This document shows positions 39,720-53,231 of a DNA stretch of 64,000 bases, one piece after another (positions within the stretch are counted from its first letter, which is position 1; each line of letters opens with the position of its first letter). The position numbers were made by a program, and so were the translations under genes. Location of the stretch: contig CP075494.1 of assembly GCA_021613535.1 (NCBI GenBank), positions 2,480,001-2,544,000 on the forward strand, read 5' to 3'. The notes under the pieces were generated by a model. The model did not search any database and was not told where the DNA came from. It saw only the letters and a program-made list of their open reading frames with translations. Source of the DNA: Adineta vaga (lineage: Eukaryota > Animalia > Rotifera).

Positions 39720-40082
39720 AAATACTAATTGTATTTTTAATTATACGTACTTTTTCAGTACTTTCACATTAGAATATTACATTAATAACGGATTTTGTCT
39801 CAAATATTATTAATAGAAACCTAAGATTCATTATTTTTTCATTCTCAAATAAAAGTCATCTGAAACAGATTTTATTGATAACTTCTTGATTAAACGAGGA
39901 TTACTAATTGTTCAAAGATTGTTCCTAATTAAAGGGCAGACTTTGTTTTTTTTTGTAAAGAATTATTATCGTTACTGAACGCTTAAAGAGATATCTCCAT
40001 CGAAGAAGACTTACAAAGCAAAGTAGGAAGCTACCTAAAAATGATCATGAACTCGGTGAAAGTACAAATGAACGATCAAGAT

Positions 40083-40141
40083 CTTGAGGTTGTGGGTGTG
40101 AATCTTATTCTCTAATACTCACCCTCACCCACACCCTTTAA
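40083..40141. repeat. Telomere-like hairpin element
   Basis: cttgaggttgtgggtgtga...tcacccacaccctttaa. Confidence 0.75.
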
Positions 40142-40164
40142 ATGCACCTGTAAGTCTATTATTA

Positions 40165-40270
40165 TATCAATATGGAAATTTATATCTAGCAGATTCAGGT
40201 AATCATCGTATTCAATTTTTTCGAGTTAGTGAATTAAATGGCATTACTGGTTCATTTGGTATAAGTTCTA
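40165..40270 (+). pseudogene. NHL-repeat remnant
   Basis: QYGNLYLADSGNHRIQFF, cut off by the following LTR. Confidence 0.6.
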
Positions 40271-41080
40271 TGTTATAGTTGATGACATCTATCTACATTT
40301 TGTTATTTCTTTCGTTTTCATTTTCTCTTTGTTATTGTTATTATATAAGTTGTTGGAAAGTAAAAGTCAGTCAGTTATGTTCTAACGGACTATATTCACT
40401 CATGTCTTTCTATCTCGATATAGCGAACATAACAGTGGTGACAGCGGTTTGTAAAGAGGTTTAATTATCTCTTTAAATTCGGAAACAACTACAAAATCTT
40501 GAAGAAGGAATCCTTCTTTATTAGGAGTAGATTCCGTCGTCGTTGCACATTCGAATCCACATAGTATCCACTCACATTTTAATCTGATAATATATTCATG
40601 ATGGATACCACAGAACAAGAAAGAATGGCTATCACAAACAAAGCAGTTATGACGTCACAAGAACAACAGTCCTATGATCAAGAAATAGTACGAAGACATA
40701 TTCATAGTCTAGGTGAAAAAGATTCATCTGATATGGATAAATGGTTATCCACGTTAAACACATTTTATGATGGTTGGAAGTATTCATCGTCACAACGTTT
40801 AATTAATGTTGTTACACATCTGAATGTCGATCAAAAAGCCTGGTATGATAAAAATAAAATTGAAATTGATGGAGATTGGACATGTTTTTGTGAACGACTG
40901 AAACAATATGCATCTGACCACAAGATAAATCCGGTGAATATTTCGACTACAGATAGTTCAATGGTAAGTCATACTGAGTCGGTTATGTTAGAGGAACTAA
41001 TCGACACGAAATTCAACAAATATTCCGGTATTGGTGATGCAAAAATTTGGCTGCTACAAACCATGAATAAATTTAAGGAA
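40271..41080 (+). mobile_element. 5' fragment of a Ty3/Gypsy-like LTR retrotransposon: LTR 40271-40434, PBS about 40436-40448, start of gag
   Basis: LTR termini TGTTAT...ATAACA with an internal TATATAA; TGGTGACAGCGGT directly after; gag-like DKWLSTL...HLNVDQKAWY...DWTCFCERLK and FNKYSGIGDAKIWL. Confidence 0.75.
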
Positions 41081-44000
41081 ACTTACTTGGTTGATCGTAT
41101 CGTTCGTTTTTCTCAGATTGTTTCGAATTGGTCACGCAATTTTACTAACATTTGTTCTCTTATTCGAAATGATAAATATATTAGTGATAATAACAATCCA
41201 TTGGCATTTCGAATTATTGTTGATGGGATAAATTTACTACGATGTTTGTTAGGATTAGAGACAAACTTTGCAATATTTGTTAATGATCCATTATCTCAAT
41301 TTATTCAAGGACAAATAAAAATATTGCGAAACAAACTTTCATCAATACCAATTCGGCTGTTATCTAACGAACTTTCATCTGAATTTCAACATTTACGTAT
41401 ATTTAAATACAAAACTGACGATAATGATGATGATGATGATGATGATGATACTGTCTTAGTTTTGGAAGGCAGCATATACAAGAAGACTGATGAAAGCAAT
41501 CGAAAATCGGATATTGATTATGATGATCCATTTGCGCACTTGAAACATAAAGAGCAAGAGAAAATATTAGGAAAAATAAGAAAAATAAATAAAGAAAGAC
41601 AAAAACTTCCCTTGTCACTTGATTCGTTTTTCTCCAATGGACCAATTGAAGGAAATGTTTTGGACAACGAAGAAAAATCAAAGATTCGTGAACTAAAAGT
41701 TTTAGAACAAGTACGATTGAAACATCAAAATTTGCTCACAAAAGACGACGTAGAAAACACCACTGGGAATCCTAAAAATAACTCACGCATGCTGCCTAAC
41801 TCTCATTCTAAATCTTATCCTCTGCCTCAACCCCAAACTCATACTTCAAATGAACACTCAGATGTGAGCATTACAGACATTCAAGTTCAAGCAACTTTAG
41901 ACCGAATAGCTGAAACAAACTTTGCTACACGGGCGAATATTAACTCTGATTTAACACCATCTAAAGAAAAAATTCGTGAAATGTTGAATAATACTAATAT
42001 TTATGATCTATATCAAGGCGGATCGTATCATGAGAAACAAAAAAATCCAATGGCTGTATATAATACAAAATTAGAAGAGTTACTAAATGTTCCATCACAA
42101 ATTTGGTCCTATCAAAAATTAGCATCCTGTGAATCAATAAATAGTGTCATTGATAACATATGTGCTACAGTTCGAGATCCGTTAAGTGATATGTTTAATA
42201 AATTTCCAAATCCTGTTGTTTTTGAATGGGTAATTATGATCGATAATAGTGGTTCAATGAGTATTTATGAGAATTATATTCGTGAAGCTTTAATCATTAT
42301 ACTAGAAACGTTCAGAAAACTTGAATGCCGTGTAGCAGTTGGACGTTTTGGGAACCGTAATGCAACTAGTCAAGCCATTTTGAAACCATTTGATTTATCA
42401 TTAACATTTCGTGTTGGCCAAATGATATTTGATGGATTATCGTTTTGTGAAAGTTCTCATATTGCCACTGGTATTGAAGCAATAGCTAGTTGTGTATGGG
42501 GTCAATCAGAAACGCCTACAACAGTGAATGTGAAACGCATAGCATTAGTTATAACAGATGCCTTATCGAAAGAGCTACGCGAAGATAAAGATCAATTTAC
42601 TGAGACTAAAAGAGCATTCAACTTTTCTTTAGCGATGTTACATGTTCGTTCGGCAAGTTTAGGGAGAAAAATGGAAGGACTCCAATCTTTACTACAGCTA
42701 ATTTGTGATAACCTATGTATATCAGTCGATCCACTTGAACCTTCTGTAAAAAGTTTAAACACTTCAACATCCAGTTTACTTGTCTTGACATTCCAACAAA
42801 TAATTAGATTAATACGTGATTCTACAACAATATCATTTTCAAAAATTCATGACACTACAGGAACCGTATGTATACAGCCAATATTAATTCAGTCGTGTGA
42901 ACAAAATAAAAATTCTGATTATATATGGCCAGTTGAAAAATTAATAAAAGCGACAACATACGAAGATGCATTGAACAACGATGGGTCTGGAGCAATTGCA
43001 AAATCATTATGTTTCGTCAGTCCACCAACAAATGCATTACCATACCAAGATGTTGCAATAAATTTACTTCAACAAGATAATAAAAGACGAGAAATGGACA
43101 ATAATCAAAAAGGACGTTCAGATTCTATGGAAAAAGCAAAAAAGAAGCTTGACGCTGAATTAAGATATATACGAATTAAATGGCAAGAAAATATTCAACA
43201 AGTAAAACAGACATGGCAACAAGCACAAATAGAACAATCAATGTTGATTACTGAATTATCAAATGTAATTGAAGAATATGTTATGCCGTGTAATACGTAT
43301 AGTCGTCGTCGTGCTGATTTTTCTGGGCCATTGTATTTACCCGGTCTAGTGAAGGCGGTCGCAACTGATTATACTTATAAACGAATTGGAAGTTCAAAAA
43401 CAGCAGGTGGTAAACGTCAATATAGTATTATATTTGCAATTGATACATCGATGTCCATGATTGGTCATTTAGAACATTGCGCTATGGAAAGTTTACTATT
43501 GCTAACATCGGCACTTGTTGAATGTGGAATTGATAATTTTGGAATTATTTTGTTTGGTTATGGCGTACGAATCTTGAAGAAGTTTGACCAATCATGGGAC
43601 GAAGTTACTATTTATATGTTACTTCAAAATTTTATTATATCTGAAACAGTTGGTACAAATGATGCAATTGCAATTGAATATACGCTTGACATGCTATCAC
43701 AAGAACCAGCTTCCAATATAAAAAAAAGTTTTCGTTTTAACAGATGGGTATACAACATCTGGTTTAGGATTGACTGAAGCTCTAATACGTGCTGATTCAG
43801 AAAATATCGAAGTAATCGGATGTCAAATTGGTTTTGAGCGACCGTGTGTACATCGTTTTTATCGTGATTGGATAATTGCTGCTATTCCAGCTGCCCTTTG
43901 TGATGCATTTCGATATAAATATCGAAAAGATAATGATGGTCCTTTTCCAAGTTTATCAGATGATAATTCATTACTTAATCAGCGAATTATACAAGGTACA

Positions 44001-45419
44001 GCTGATGATCCACAAAAATTACTTGAAAATTTTCAACGTCAATTTACTTCAATAGAAAACATTCTGAATACTGAAAGAGATGCACATTTAATTGGTGGTT
44101 CAGGTGGTGGTAGTATGAGTTTAGATGTATGCTTTGTTTTAGATGTTACAGGAAGTATGACGCCATGGTTAAGTGGTATCAAAAAACAAATTAATGCAAT
44201 AACTGATGGTATTACAAAAAAAATAGAAAAAGAATTTCCAGATATGGATTTTATTTTGAGATATGCTGTAGTAGCATATCGGGATGAAGGTGATAACCAT
44301 AAAATCGAGCCACTTGAGTTTCAGAATCCATATGTAATCGATGGACGTTTAACATCAGAAAAACGAAAAACGCGAATCAATAAATATCATGAAGAACAAA
44401 CCGCAAAAGTAGGTAGTTTTCTGTCGAAATTAACGGCACATGGAGGTAAAGATGAACCAGAAGATGTTTTAGGAGCACTAAATTATGCTATGTCATTAAA
44501 CTGGCAAGCTAAAGCAAAATTTATTATACTTGTTTGTGATGCACCAGCTCATGATCGTGAATGTAACGATATTGCAAATGATCGTTTTCCAAATGGAATA
44601 GAAAATTTGAAAGTTGAGCACATTACGAAAAAATTAACAGAAAATAATATTGATCTTATACTATGTCATTTAAAAAAAACAGCTACGAAAAAAATGGCTG
44701 CTAAATTGTTGCAATGTTTGCGTCAGTGTCAACCAAATCGTGCGAATGAAGAATTACTTCGTGAAATTACATTGTATAACAGTGTAGCTCAAGAACAAAA
44801 TAAACCTTATCATTTGGTTTTTGTACTAGATGAAAGCGGAAGCATGAGTGTTGACGGGAAGTGGGATGGTTTAGTTACGGCATACAATATGTTTTTAAAC
44901 AAACGTCTCGAAATTGCTCAGTGGTCTGGAGGTGACATTATCAGTATTATATATTTTAACCACGATGCTAGAATAATTCATGAGCTACATCAGTTATCAA
45001 GTACAGCTCCTGAATTAGAGAGAAATCGGGGTGGAAGCACAAGCTTTGGTCCGGCTTTGAAGGCTGCTTTCAAAGTATTAGGAAAAGCGACAAACAATTA
45101 CATTCCTTTGTTATTGTTCATGTCAGATGGGGGAGGAATCGGAGGCCCGCATGAAATGACTAAAATTCATGAAGCCTATCATAGTCGAGGTCTTCAAGTT
45201 CACACTATAGCATTTGGTAGAGATGCTGACAAAACTACTCTTAATAAAATTGCACAAGCTGGAAAAGGAACATTTCATCAAAACATAACGAGTGTAGATT
45301 TATCGGACACATTCGTTCAAATTAGTACTCAGTTGACCGCTTTTGATGGGCTTATCGACGAATTCGCCACAAGAGTTAGTGATGCAGCAACAACTAAATT
45401 AATGTTAGAATTTTTATAA
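40598..45419 (+). CDS. Chimeric Gag-fragment / four-vWA-domain protein (midasin-tail-like and vwkA-like vWA); +1 shift in A8 run near 43720
   Basis: MIDAS motifs IDNSGS, IDTSMS, LDVTGS, LDESGS. RRADFSGPLYLPGLVKAVATDYTYKRI...KRQYSIIFAID resembles the midasin C-terminus. Removing one A gives KKVFVLTDGYTTSG in frame with ORF 43770..45419. Confidence 0.8.
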
Positions 45420-45644
45420 AATGATTGAACTTTATTAAAAAAAATACTTGCTTTTATGAAAAAGTACACGTTGATTCTTATTCCTTTGATTCTTTTAATT
45501 TATGAATAAATTTTAAAACAGATTTCATTTCCTTAAATTCATTCGTTTAAGTTATCTATAAAAATCATTGAACTTTTTTCAAAGAATGCAAATGCAGTTT
45601 TCATTCTTATCCAAGATATGGTATCATGATGAATGTGTCCGGAC

Positions 45645-45700
45645 TAGGGTGTGAGTGGGGTATATTTATTGATTAATCTCACCCACACCCACACCCTCAA
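45645..45700. repeat. Telomere-like hairpin element
   Basis: tagggtgtgagtgggg-tatatttattgattaatc-tcacccacacccacaccctcaa. Confidence 0.8.
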
Positions 45701-46138
45701 TTATGTACATCTTTCTGTTTTTCAAGCATAAATGTTTCAAATAATCGATTCAATTAGATTCCAAGAACTTATGAATACTTCATTCATATGTATAAAACAA
45801 CTGATTTTAGAAAAACTGTTCCATTTTGATTCTCCTTCAGTCTTATTTTCATATATCTTTTTAAGTTGAATTCAACGCAAGACCAATTACAGATGATGCT
45901 ATAGATAAAACAGGAAAGATAAGAATGACGACGAATAACTTAACCTAACAATAGATAACATTTATCTTATTCTCTCAACAACAAATATTTTCTCTGGGAC
46001 AAATAATAAAGTATAGAGTGATGACAGCTAATTCTTAGTAATATCATATTGCGCTGTTGTTGTTTTTTCTCGATAGCTATAATTTCAACTATAAAAGAAA
46101 CACACCATAGACAAACTATCATAAGAAAAAGAGAAAAG

Positions 46139-48603
46139 ATGAGGAAAATGTTATTTAACAGTGTATTATTCTTATTCGTTTTATCAAACATAGCATTTGC
46201 TGTAGACAATGATATTTTTCAAGTAACAATTCGCACAACAAATATTGGTCGAGTTAAATACCGAGATGGTGAACTTATTCTTTCTCAAAATCAACAAAAA
46301 ATAACCGATATTTTCTTTACTCCATTTCCTTATATTTCATCTAATCTAACTGAATGTCATGAAAATGAATTAAGTGGTTATACAGAATTAGTATTAGCTG
46401 TTGAATTATATAATGATGAAATAATAAATACGGTTCATACATATCTTGATAGATATCATCCATCATTGTGTAATACAAATAAAACAACCCACAATTTATC
46501 GTCATATTGTCATGTTTCTTTATTACCAATGAATGAAATTCGTATTGTTCGAACAGGTCAAATTAAAGCTAGTGCACAATTAAAATATATACTAGATAAT
46601 GAATGGATACCTAATAGTATGCTTTTACAAACTATTAAATTTCCTATATATACCGATAATATGAATACATGCGAACGAATTCAAAGAATTTTAACAACAC
46701 AATGTCGAATATCTCATTTCGAAGTACAATATTCGCTACGCGGGGAACAAAATATCGCACGACAATTAAATGTTACGAGTGAACACGTACGAAGTACATC
46801 AATGTATAATGGAATTATTGCAAAATTTCCTAATTTAATAACACAACCAAACGAGGTTGTAGCATTAACTGGTGAAGATATGAAAAAACTAGCAAGTGAA
46901 ACAAAAGATCGTGTTACAATGCATTTACGTGTACAAGAAGGATACGATTCATTAACAGATCCATTATCAATTGAAAATATTCTTGTCGAACAATTAAAAT
47001 ACAAACAGGTAAGATTTAATTAATCGTTGTTTTTTTTAAAAGATATTTATTTTTCTTTTAGACATATTTAAGTGAATATACTGACAAATTATGGGAAAAT
47101 CTTTATTGGACATCAGAAGTAACAAGACCTGATCAACTTGCGAAAGTGATTAATTCAATTATACGGAAAGATTCAAAAAATAATGATCGTTACATATATG
47201 ATCATCATGCTGCAACAATATTCGATAAAAAAAATCTCAAACAACATGATATCGATCGTATAGAGAAACTTGATGAATACCTGAAAAAGTACGATAATAA
47301 TAGTAAAAGTATCGATAACGACAAATCAAGCGATTCTGCTAAAGGTGAAGTCGGCTGGAAAGATATTTTTAGCGCTAGTGGCGACAGTAATTCGGAATCT
47401 ACTCACGAAAAACATCGTGAACAAGATGTGCAATCATCTATCGATTCTCATCGACATCGTCTTACGGATAAGGATCATTTGAACAGCACTAAAATTAAAT
47501 CAAATAATGATACAGTCAAGACACTATCACGTCATCAAGTAGATGGCTATTTGTCACGACTTTCCCAACATATTCATCTTGAAGGGAATATTATTAAACC
47601 AAGACCCATCACCGTTGATTTGGTGAAATTAGGTTCATTAAATTTCAGATCAGGAATATTTTCAAGCACAGTACTCGTTAAAACTCGAACCAATGTATAC
47701 AAAGCACCAATACGTTGCTCAGATCAACATGTGTCCAAGTCAAACTTCAAACAGAATAGTGATTCTAATCTTATCAACCTTAAAATAACAAAATTAACTA
47801 ACGATATTACACGACTTGAATCTCTTTTAACGGAAGGATCAAGCAAAAGTGTTGAAACATTATCGAAGTTAAAAACTGATATTGATAAAATACTCTCTCG
47901 AATAACTACTGTTGAATCGAATGTAACTAATTCTCAACAGAAAACAACATTATCTGTAAATGATGTACTTTATATTGGTGAAATTCGTCTCTTCGCATCA
48001 TCAAACTTGATTCCGACCAACTGGTTATTGTGTGATGGATCTGAAATTTCTCGTTATACATATTCTCAACTTTATAATATCATTGGACTTAAATATGGTA
48101 CGGCATCAAGTTCATTGAGATTCAAACTACCCGATTTACGTAATCGTTTTCCTATGGGTGCGAGCAGTTCTCGTTTATTAGGTTCGACAGGTGGAAATGA
48201 TAAACATATACTTGATATTGATGAAATGCCGATACATAGTCATCATGGTGGATCATTGAATACAAAGTCAGCTGGTGCTCATACACATGGAATAGCTGAT
48301 CCTGGTCATGATCATCCATTTCATCAACGTGCTGGCTTTCGTTTAGGACATCTCCATGAACGAACAAAAGAATTTGGCGTAGAAGCTCCTCCAGTCGGAG
48401 GTTTGCCGAGCTACCTTGATCGAGCTCATACAGGTATTTCTCTTCATCATGCAGGTGATCATGTACATGCAATTCATGGTCAAACAGGGAAAACAGGAGA
48501 AGGCAATTCTTTCTCATTATTATCACCTTATCAAACAGTCAATTATATTATTTATGCTGGAATTACCAGTCAAAAAAGCAGTTATGTCTGGGATTTCAAT
48601 TGA
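46139..48603 (+). CDS. Secreted protein with coiled coil and C-terminal phage tail-collar/fibre domain; intron 47009-47061
   Basis: Signal peptide MRKMLFNSVLFLFVLSNIAFA; IGEIRLFA..IPTNWLLCDGSEISRYTYSQLYNIIG..YG...FKLPDLRNRFPMG; HxH repeats; PYQTVNYII. Confidence 0.85.
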
Positions 48604-48835
48604 GTTTCGAATTAATCACAACTAAATAGAATTTATTAAACTGTAGTTAGAAAAGAAAAACAATTTATATTCATATATTTTCTTATTTAATCTCCATTGC
48701 TTTAGTTTATTTCTATGATGCATTTCTTTTTTAATCATGAAAATATTTTTTCACATTTCAAATCTATGATTTGTCAAGTGTCTAAAGTCTTCTCAACTCT
48801 GATTACTCTAATTCTGTGTGATCGACAAATTAAAC

Positions 48836-48886
48836 AAAGGATGTGGTTGTGGGTTACTTTGTTTTCTTCGCTCACATCCACACTAG
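48836..48886. repeat. Telomere-like hairpin element, degraded
   Basis: aggatgtggttgtggg...ctcacatccacac. Confidence 0.55.
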
Positions 48887-49734
48887 AGATGCACCAAATC
48901 CAAATCTTGGATTTGACACGGATTTGACTGGATTCTAATAGATCTGTCAGAAACGAGTGTAAAAAGGCGAACTTCGATTGAAATTGACTGGATGTTACTT
49001 ACATTGAATTATATTTGAGTAATACTGAGCAACATCGAGTCAGTTCACACATAGTAGATAGTCATGAACTGTAAAGTAGATTTAATTGAGATATGTAGAA
49101 AAGCCGTTAGTACAAAATGTATAAAAAATGGATATGGCAAGTATCATTGGACTACCTATATTTTCAGACCAATCATAGAAGCTGTTACGTTGATCTTGAT
49201 CATCCTTCATCTCATGTTGCTACAAGAGAATCGGTTGCTTAGATGTATGGAAAGAGGTTGAAAAACACGATAGCGTCGCAAACGTGTATGTTATAAGATA
49301 AGATGGACCATTATTTAAGACATCAGTTGTTTCTTTGAAAGAGAGTAAGCCTAAGTTTCCATTCTATGTTATTTCAAATCTCTTTTTGATCCGTATTCCA
49401 GAAAATAAGTGAGTTCGACTAAACTTTTTCACATTACTTATTTCTCTTTCTTTCAGAATATCCCTTGTAAAGAAAAATTACGAAAATAGTACTATTTTTC
49501 ACTTTTAATAGTTGGTTTTTGATAGAGAATAGTACTTCAAAATGAATCTTTTTTAGTTACTTTTAGTAAAATTTCACCAAAAAACACTATTAAGTAATTC
49601 TGAAAGTAAGAAGAAGTACTAAAATTTACTAAGAAAAGTGAAAATAGTAAAAATATTAACTTTTTTTAAAATATTAATATTAAAAAGTACTTAGTGTTTT
49701 TCTGATATTAATATATTATACTATTTTGACGGCT

Positions 49735-49790
49735 GGTGTGGGTGTGGGTTAAAAGCATTAACTCATTTACACTCACACCCACACCCTCAA
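49735..49790. repeat. Telomere-like hairpin element
   Basis: ggtgtgggtgtgggt...actcacacccacaccctcaa. Confidence 0.8.
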
Positions 49791-50147
49791 ACAAGCTCTC
49801 CGGAAGTCATAGAGATAGCATTGACAAGGAAGTGGAACGTCGAACTTTGGTCATGGAGATAATCATTAAATCGAGTCTATATTGATATTCAATCAAAATT
49901 TCCAAAACAAATGACCATTAACTATTTCGATAGTCATAGAGAACAAATTACATTTTTGCAACAAATCCAATAAAATGTAACTACGAAACATGTTTGAAAT
50001 GATTTTTGTATCTTACAACACATGAAGAGAAAAGTCATATGACTTTTTTACATCTATTTTTCAATGAAAATTGTCGATCACATCAAACCACTAATCTAAG
50101 TTTAGCTGTTCTTCGGATAAAAATTTATTAATCAATTTTAGATTTAG

Positions 50148-50212
50148 TTGAGGGTGTGGGTGTGGGTGTGGATTGAAAGTGTAATCGCACCCACATCCAC
50201 ACCCACCCTCAA
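50148..50212. repeat. Telomere-like hairpin element, near-consensus copy
   Basis: ttgagggtgtgggtgtgggtgtgg-attgaaagtgtaatc-gcacccacatccacacccaccctcaa. Confidence 0.85.
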
Positions 50213-50422
50213 TATTCACACTTTGCCTTGACATACACCTTGAAGATGATGAAAATTTCATCAAAAGATACTTTCCCATCGTGATATCAATGCTTAAATA
50301 CTAACAAAAATAAAATACAACACCTTTTAATGCTTTTACTTCATTAAAAGTTCTCATTGATTTTTATATTTATTTCCAATACAAAAATGAAAAGAGGTAT
50401 GTTTTGCTTGTTAAGAACACTT

Positions 50423-51509
50423 CTAATTGATTGTAAAGATAGGTTGAGTTCGAAATGCATTAAAAGATTGATCACGATGATGATTATGTCTTTGTTTTCT
50501 ACATAATTCTCTTTTTATTGTCTGACGAAATCCAATATTTGTTGTAATTGAAACATAAAAACTCGTTGCAAAGAATATATATGAAAACAGATGAATTATT
50601 TCAATAAAAATGTTTTCCCAAGCTTTTTCTAAAGAAGTTTTATTCCATTCTGCACTAATATTTGTATAAATTAGTTCGATTGCATATGGTATATAAGTTA
50701 TCATAGCAATTAATGATTCTGTGATTAACATTATCGATAATTGTTTGTCGATTTTCTCAATTCTTGAATAACCTCGTTGACTTGGTAAAGATAAATTATT
50801 AGATGGTGTAACTCTATTTCGTAAAATATGAACATTTCTTAATAGAAAAAAGCTTAGTATAGACATAATAATTGCAGGTGCAAGTGAAGAAAAGAGAACT
50901 TGAAAATAATTATCATAATATTGATAGAAACCTTCTGGTGGACCACAGATTTCATTTTCAATTCGATATAAAACAATTCGATGAACAAGAAATAAAAACC
51001 AAATAAATGGAATAATAAAAATCATTTTATAAGCTAAATTAATTCGATTACTCCATTGTCGATAAACTTCAACAAGACGAGAAAACAAAAAGGTATTATA
51101 TAATATTTGATAAATCATTTCAATTGACCTTACCATAGGATCGATTTGTAGACAAGAGTCGATCAAAAACAGCGAAAGAAAATAAACTAAATGAAACAAC
51201 ATTACCCCAAACTGTACTAAATTGTCGAAGTTTACAAATAACAATATATTGATTCATTAAAGATATTTGAAAACCTTTTTGAAGTATTCGTGTTAATAAA
51301 ACAAAATTAAAATAATGAAAATCAGATATAGCAGCTGAGAATAGATAAATTGAATAAGCTCGTTTACGAAATGCTTGAGAACGAAAGACAATTATATTAC
51401 CTAAACAACCTAAATTACCTATCATCCAAAGAAATGTTCCAAACCAAATATTTAAATGAAATGGTACAGCTTTCAATATACTACTAATATCATTTGATGT
51501 ATTACTCAT
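50423..51509 (-). CDS. Rhodopsin-like orphan GPCR; intron 51067-51133
   Basis: IGNLGCLGNIIVF, ICKLRQF, FAVFDRL, SFYVSITTNIGFRQ; splicing joins the two ORFs. Confidence 0.9.
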
Positions 51510-53231
51510 TTTTTTCTTCTTCTAAATCTTCTTGTGTATGTATATAAGACAAATTTCTCTTAAGAAGAAAAGTTCTTTTATCTAAATAAATCATTAAAAA
51601 ATCTTCAAATATTTTATGCTTGAGTTGAAAATTTAAAAAAATTCATCGATCAGACAAGTGACAGATGAATTATAGTATCAAAGAATAATTGTTCCAGAAT
51701 ACACATGAAAATATAATAAATGATACGTTTGAACAAAAATATCTTATTGGATTTCTATCAATTATATCAAACAGAATTTCAAAAATATTTTTTCTAATCG
51801 AGAGTGTAAGAAGTACAGTAATATATTGAGATTACACTTGTAATCAATTAGATTAAGTATCGAATTTGAGTAGTTTAATTCAATACGATATATTTAATAT
51901 CTAGTTCATTTTTCTGTATCAAAAGATCCTTGAAAGTGTAAATAATCTTTTTGATTAGAAAACTAGATTGAAAAAAAAGAGAAGTTTTTCTATGAAGTTC
52001 TGCTTATTATATGAATATTCTTGTCATCTTTCATTTTCAAGAGTAAAATCAATGTTGCATTATGATCGTTATTTATTTACACGAAAATAGTATAGATATT
52101 TCTGCTCTTTATTCGAGTACATCTATAATCTTAATAGAATTTTTATTACATTTAAAATTGTCGAATAATTATGAAACTATATCCTTTTCATCGGAGGGAT
52201 CGATCATATTCAATTTCTTGTTGCGAATGTACATAGGATGATGTTTATTAGTTCTAAAGAACTCAACGTTTTGCTTTTTTTAAGGGTTATAGATTTTTGA
52301 GAAAACCAAAACTGGGGAGAAAAAAACACTTTCCTCCATAAAGAAAGAAATTTGAATCATTTTTACCCTCAGCAAGAGTACCTCGAAACTTGATAAATGT
52401 TTTTCGTAGTATGTCAAATATGGAAAAGGGCATTTGGATTGGCAGAAGAAGTGTTGGTGATCAACTACTCAATTGGAGCCTTTTATCTGTGATGTCGATA
52501 TTTGTCATTAGTGTATTCAAATTGATGGAATTATCTATGAATTGACTGCTCCAATTAAACCTCACATCCATATTTGTATAACAGTTATTATAAAAGATTT
52601 TCACGGACGATTCTAGAGAAAGAATCATCGCCATTCAATGACATCTTACTGAATATAAAATGTATTCCCATATATGAAGGAAAATGATCATATAATGAAA
52701 ATATCCCGCGAATTTGAATTTTTCGATCTTTCAGAAAATCCATCGTTCCATTCCCCATTTGTTTTTTCTCTTCATATTTCTGTTAAAATCGATATAGAAA
52801 TGAGAAATGTGCTCGTCGTCGCTGCCGTTGAAGTATTGATGAAAAGGGCCTCGTAATCCTGGATGTGATAGAGGAAGTCGTGTACGCATATATATATATA
52901 ATAGTGCTTTTATTTTTGAGCTATGAGCGAGCCTCGCTCCTGTAGCATAAAAAGAAAACCATTTTGAAATTGACTAACAATAACAATATATGCTATAGGT
53001 ATTTAGAAAACGATAACGATAATCCATAGTAGTTGAGATGTATCATGAGTACAGAAACAAGGAAGGTAAGGGAAAAAAAAAAGAAGTATGTTGAGAGTAG
53101 GAGTAGAAGAAAGAAAGAGTAATATGAAGAAGAAAGTCAAATCAGGACGACTCCAGTGCATGATTTTTATCTTTTGATATGGCAACAGAGATGAGCAGGA
53201 CAAGAGAGTGATAGAGATGGTCTGGTCAGAT

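Noticed and set aside
14251-41449. Microsatellites (GA)n at about 14253, (AT)n at about 38437, (GAT)n at about 41424
   Set aside because: Ordinary simple repeats; the last encodes a poly-Asp tract.
22270-43730. Programmed frameshifting at A8/A9 runs (about 22280, 27875, 43720)
   Set aside because: Each is fixed by removing one A from a homopolymer, the usual long-read consensus error; no stimulatory structure seen. Raw reads would decide.
49470-49720. AT-rich region with short palindromes (aaaatagtactatttt)
   Set aside because: No clear termini or TSD; low complexity is a sufficient explanation.
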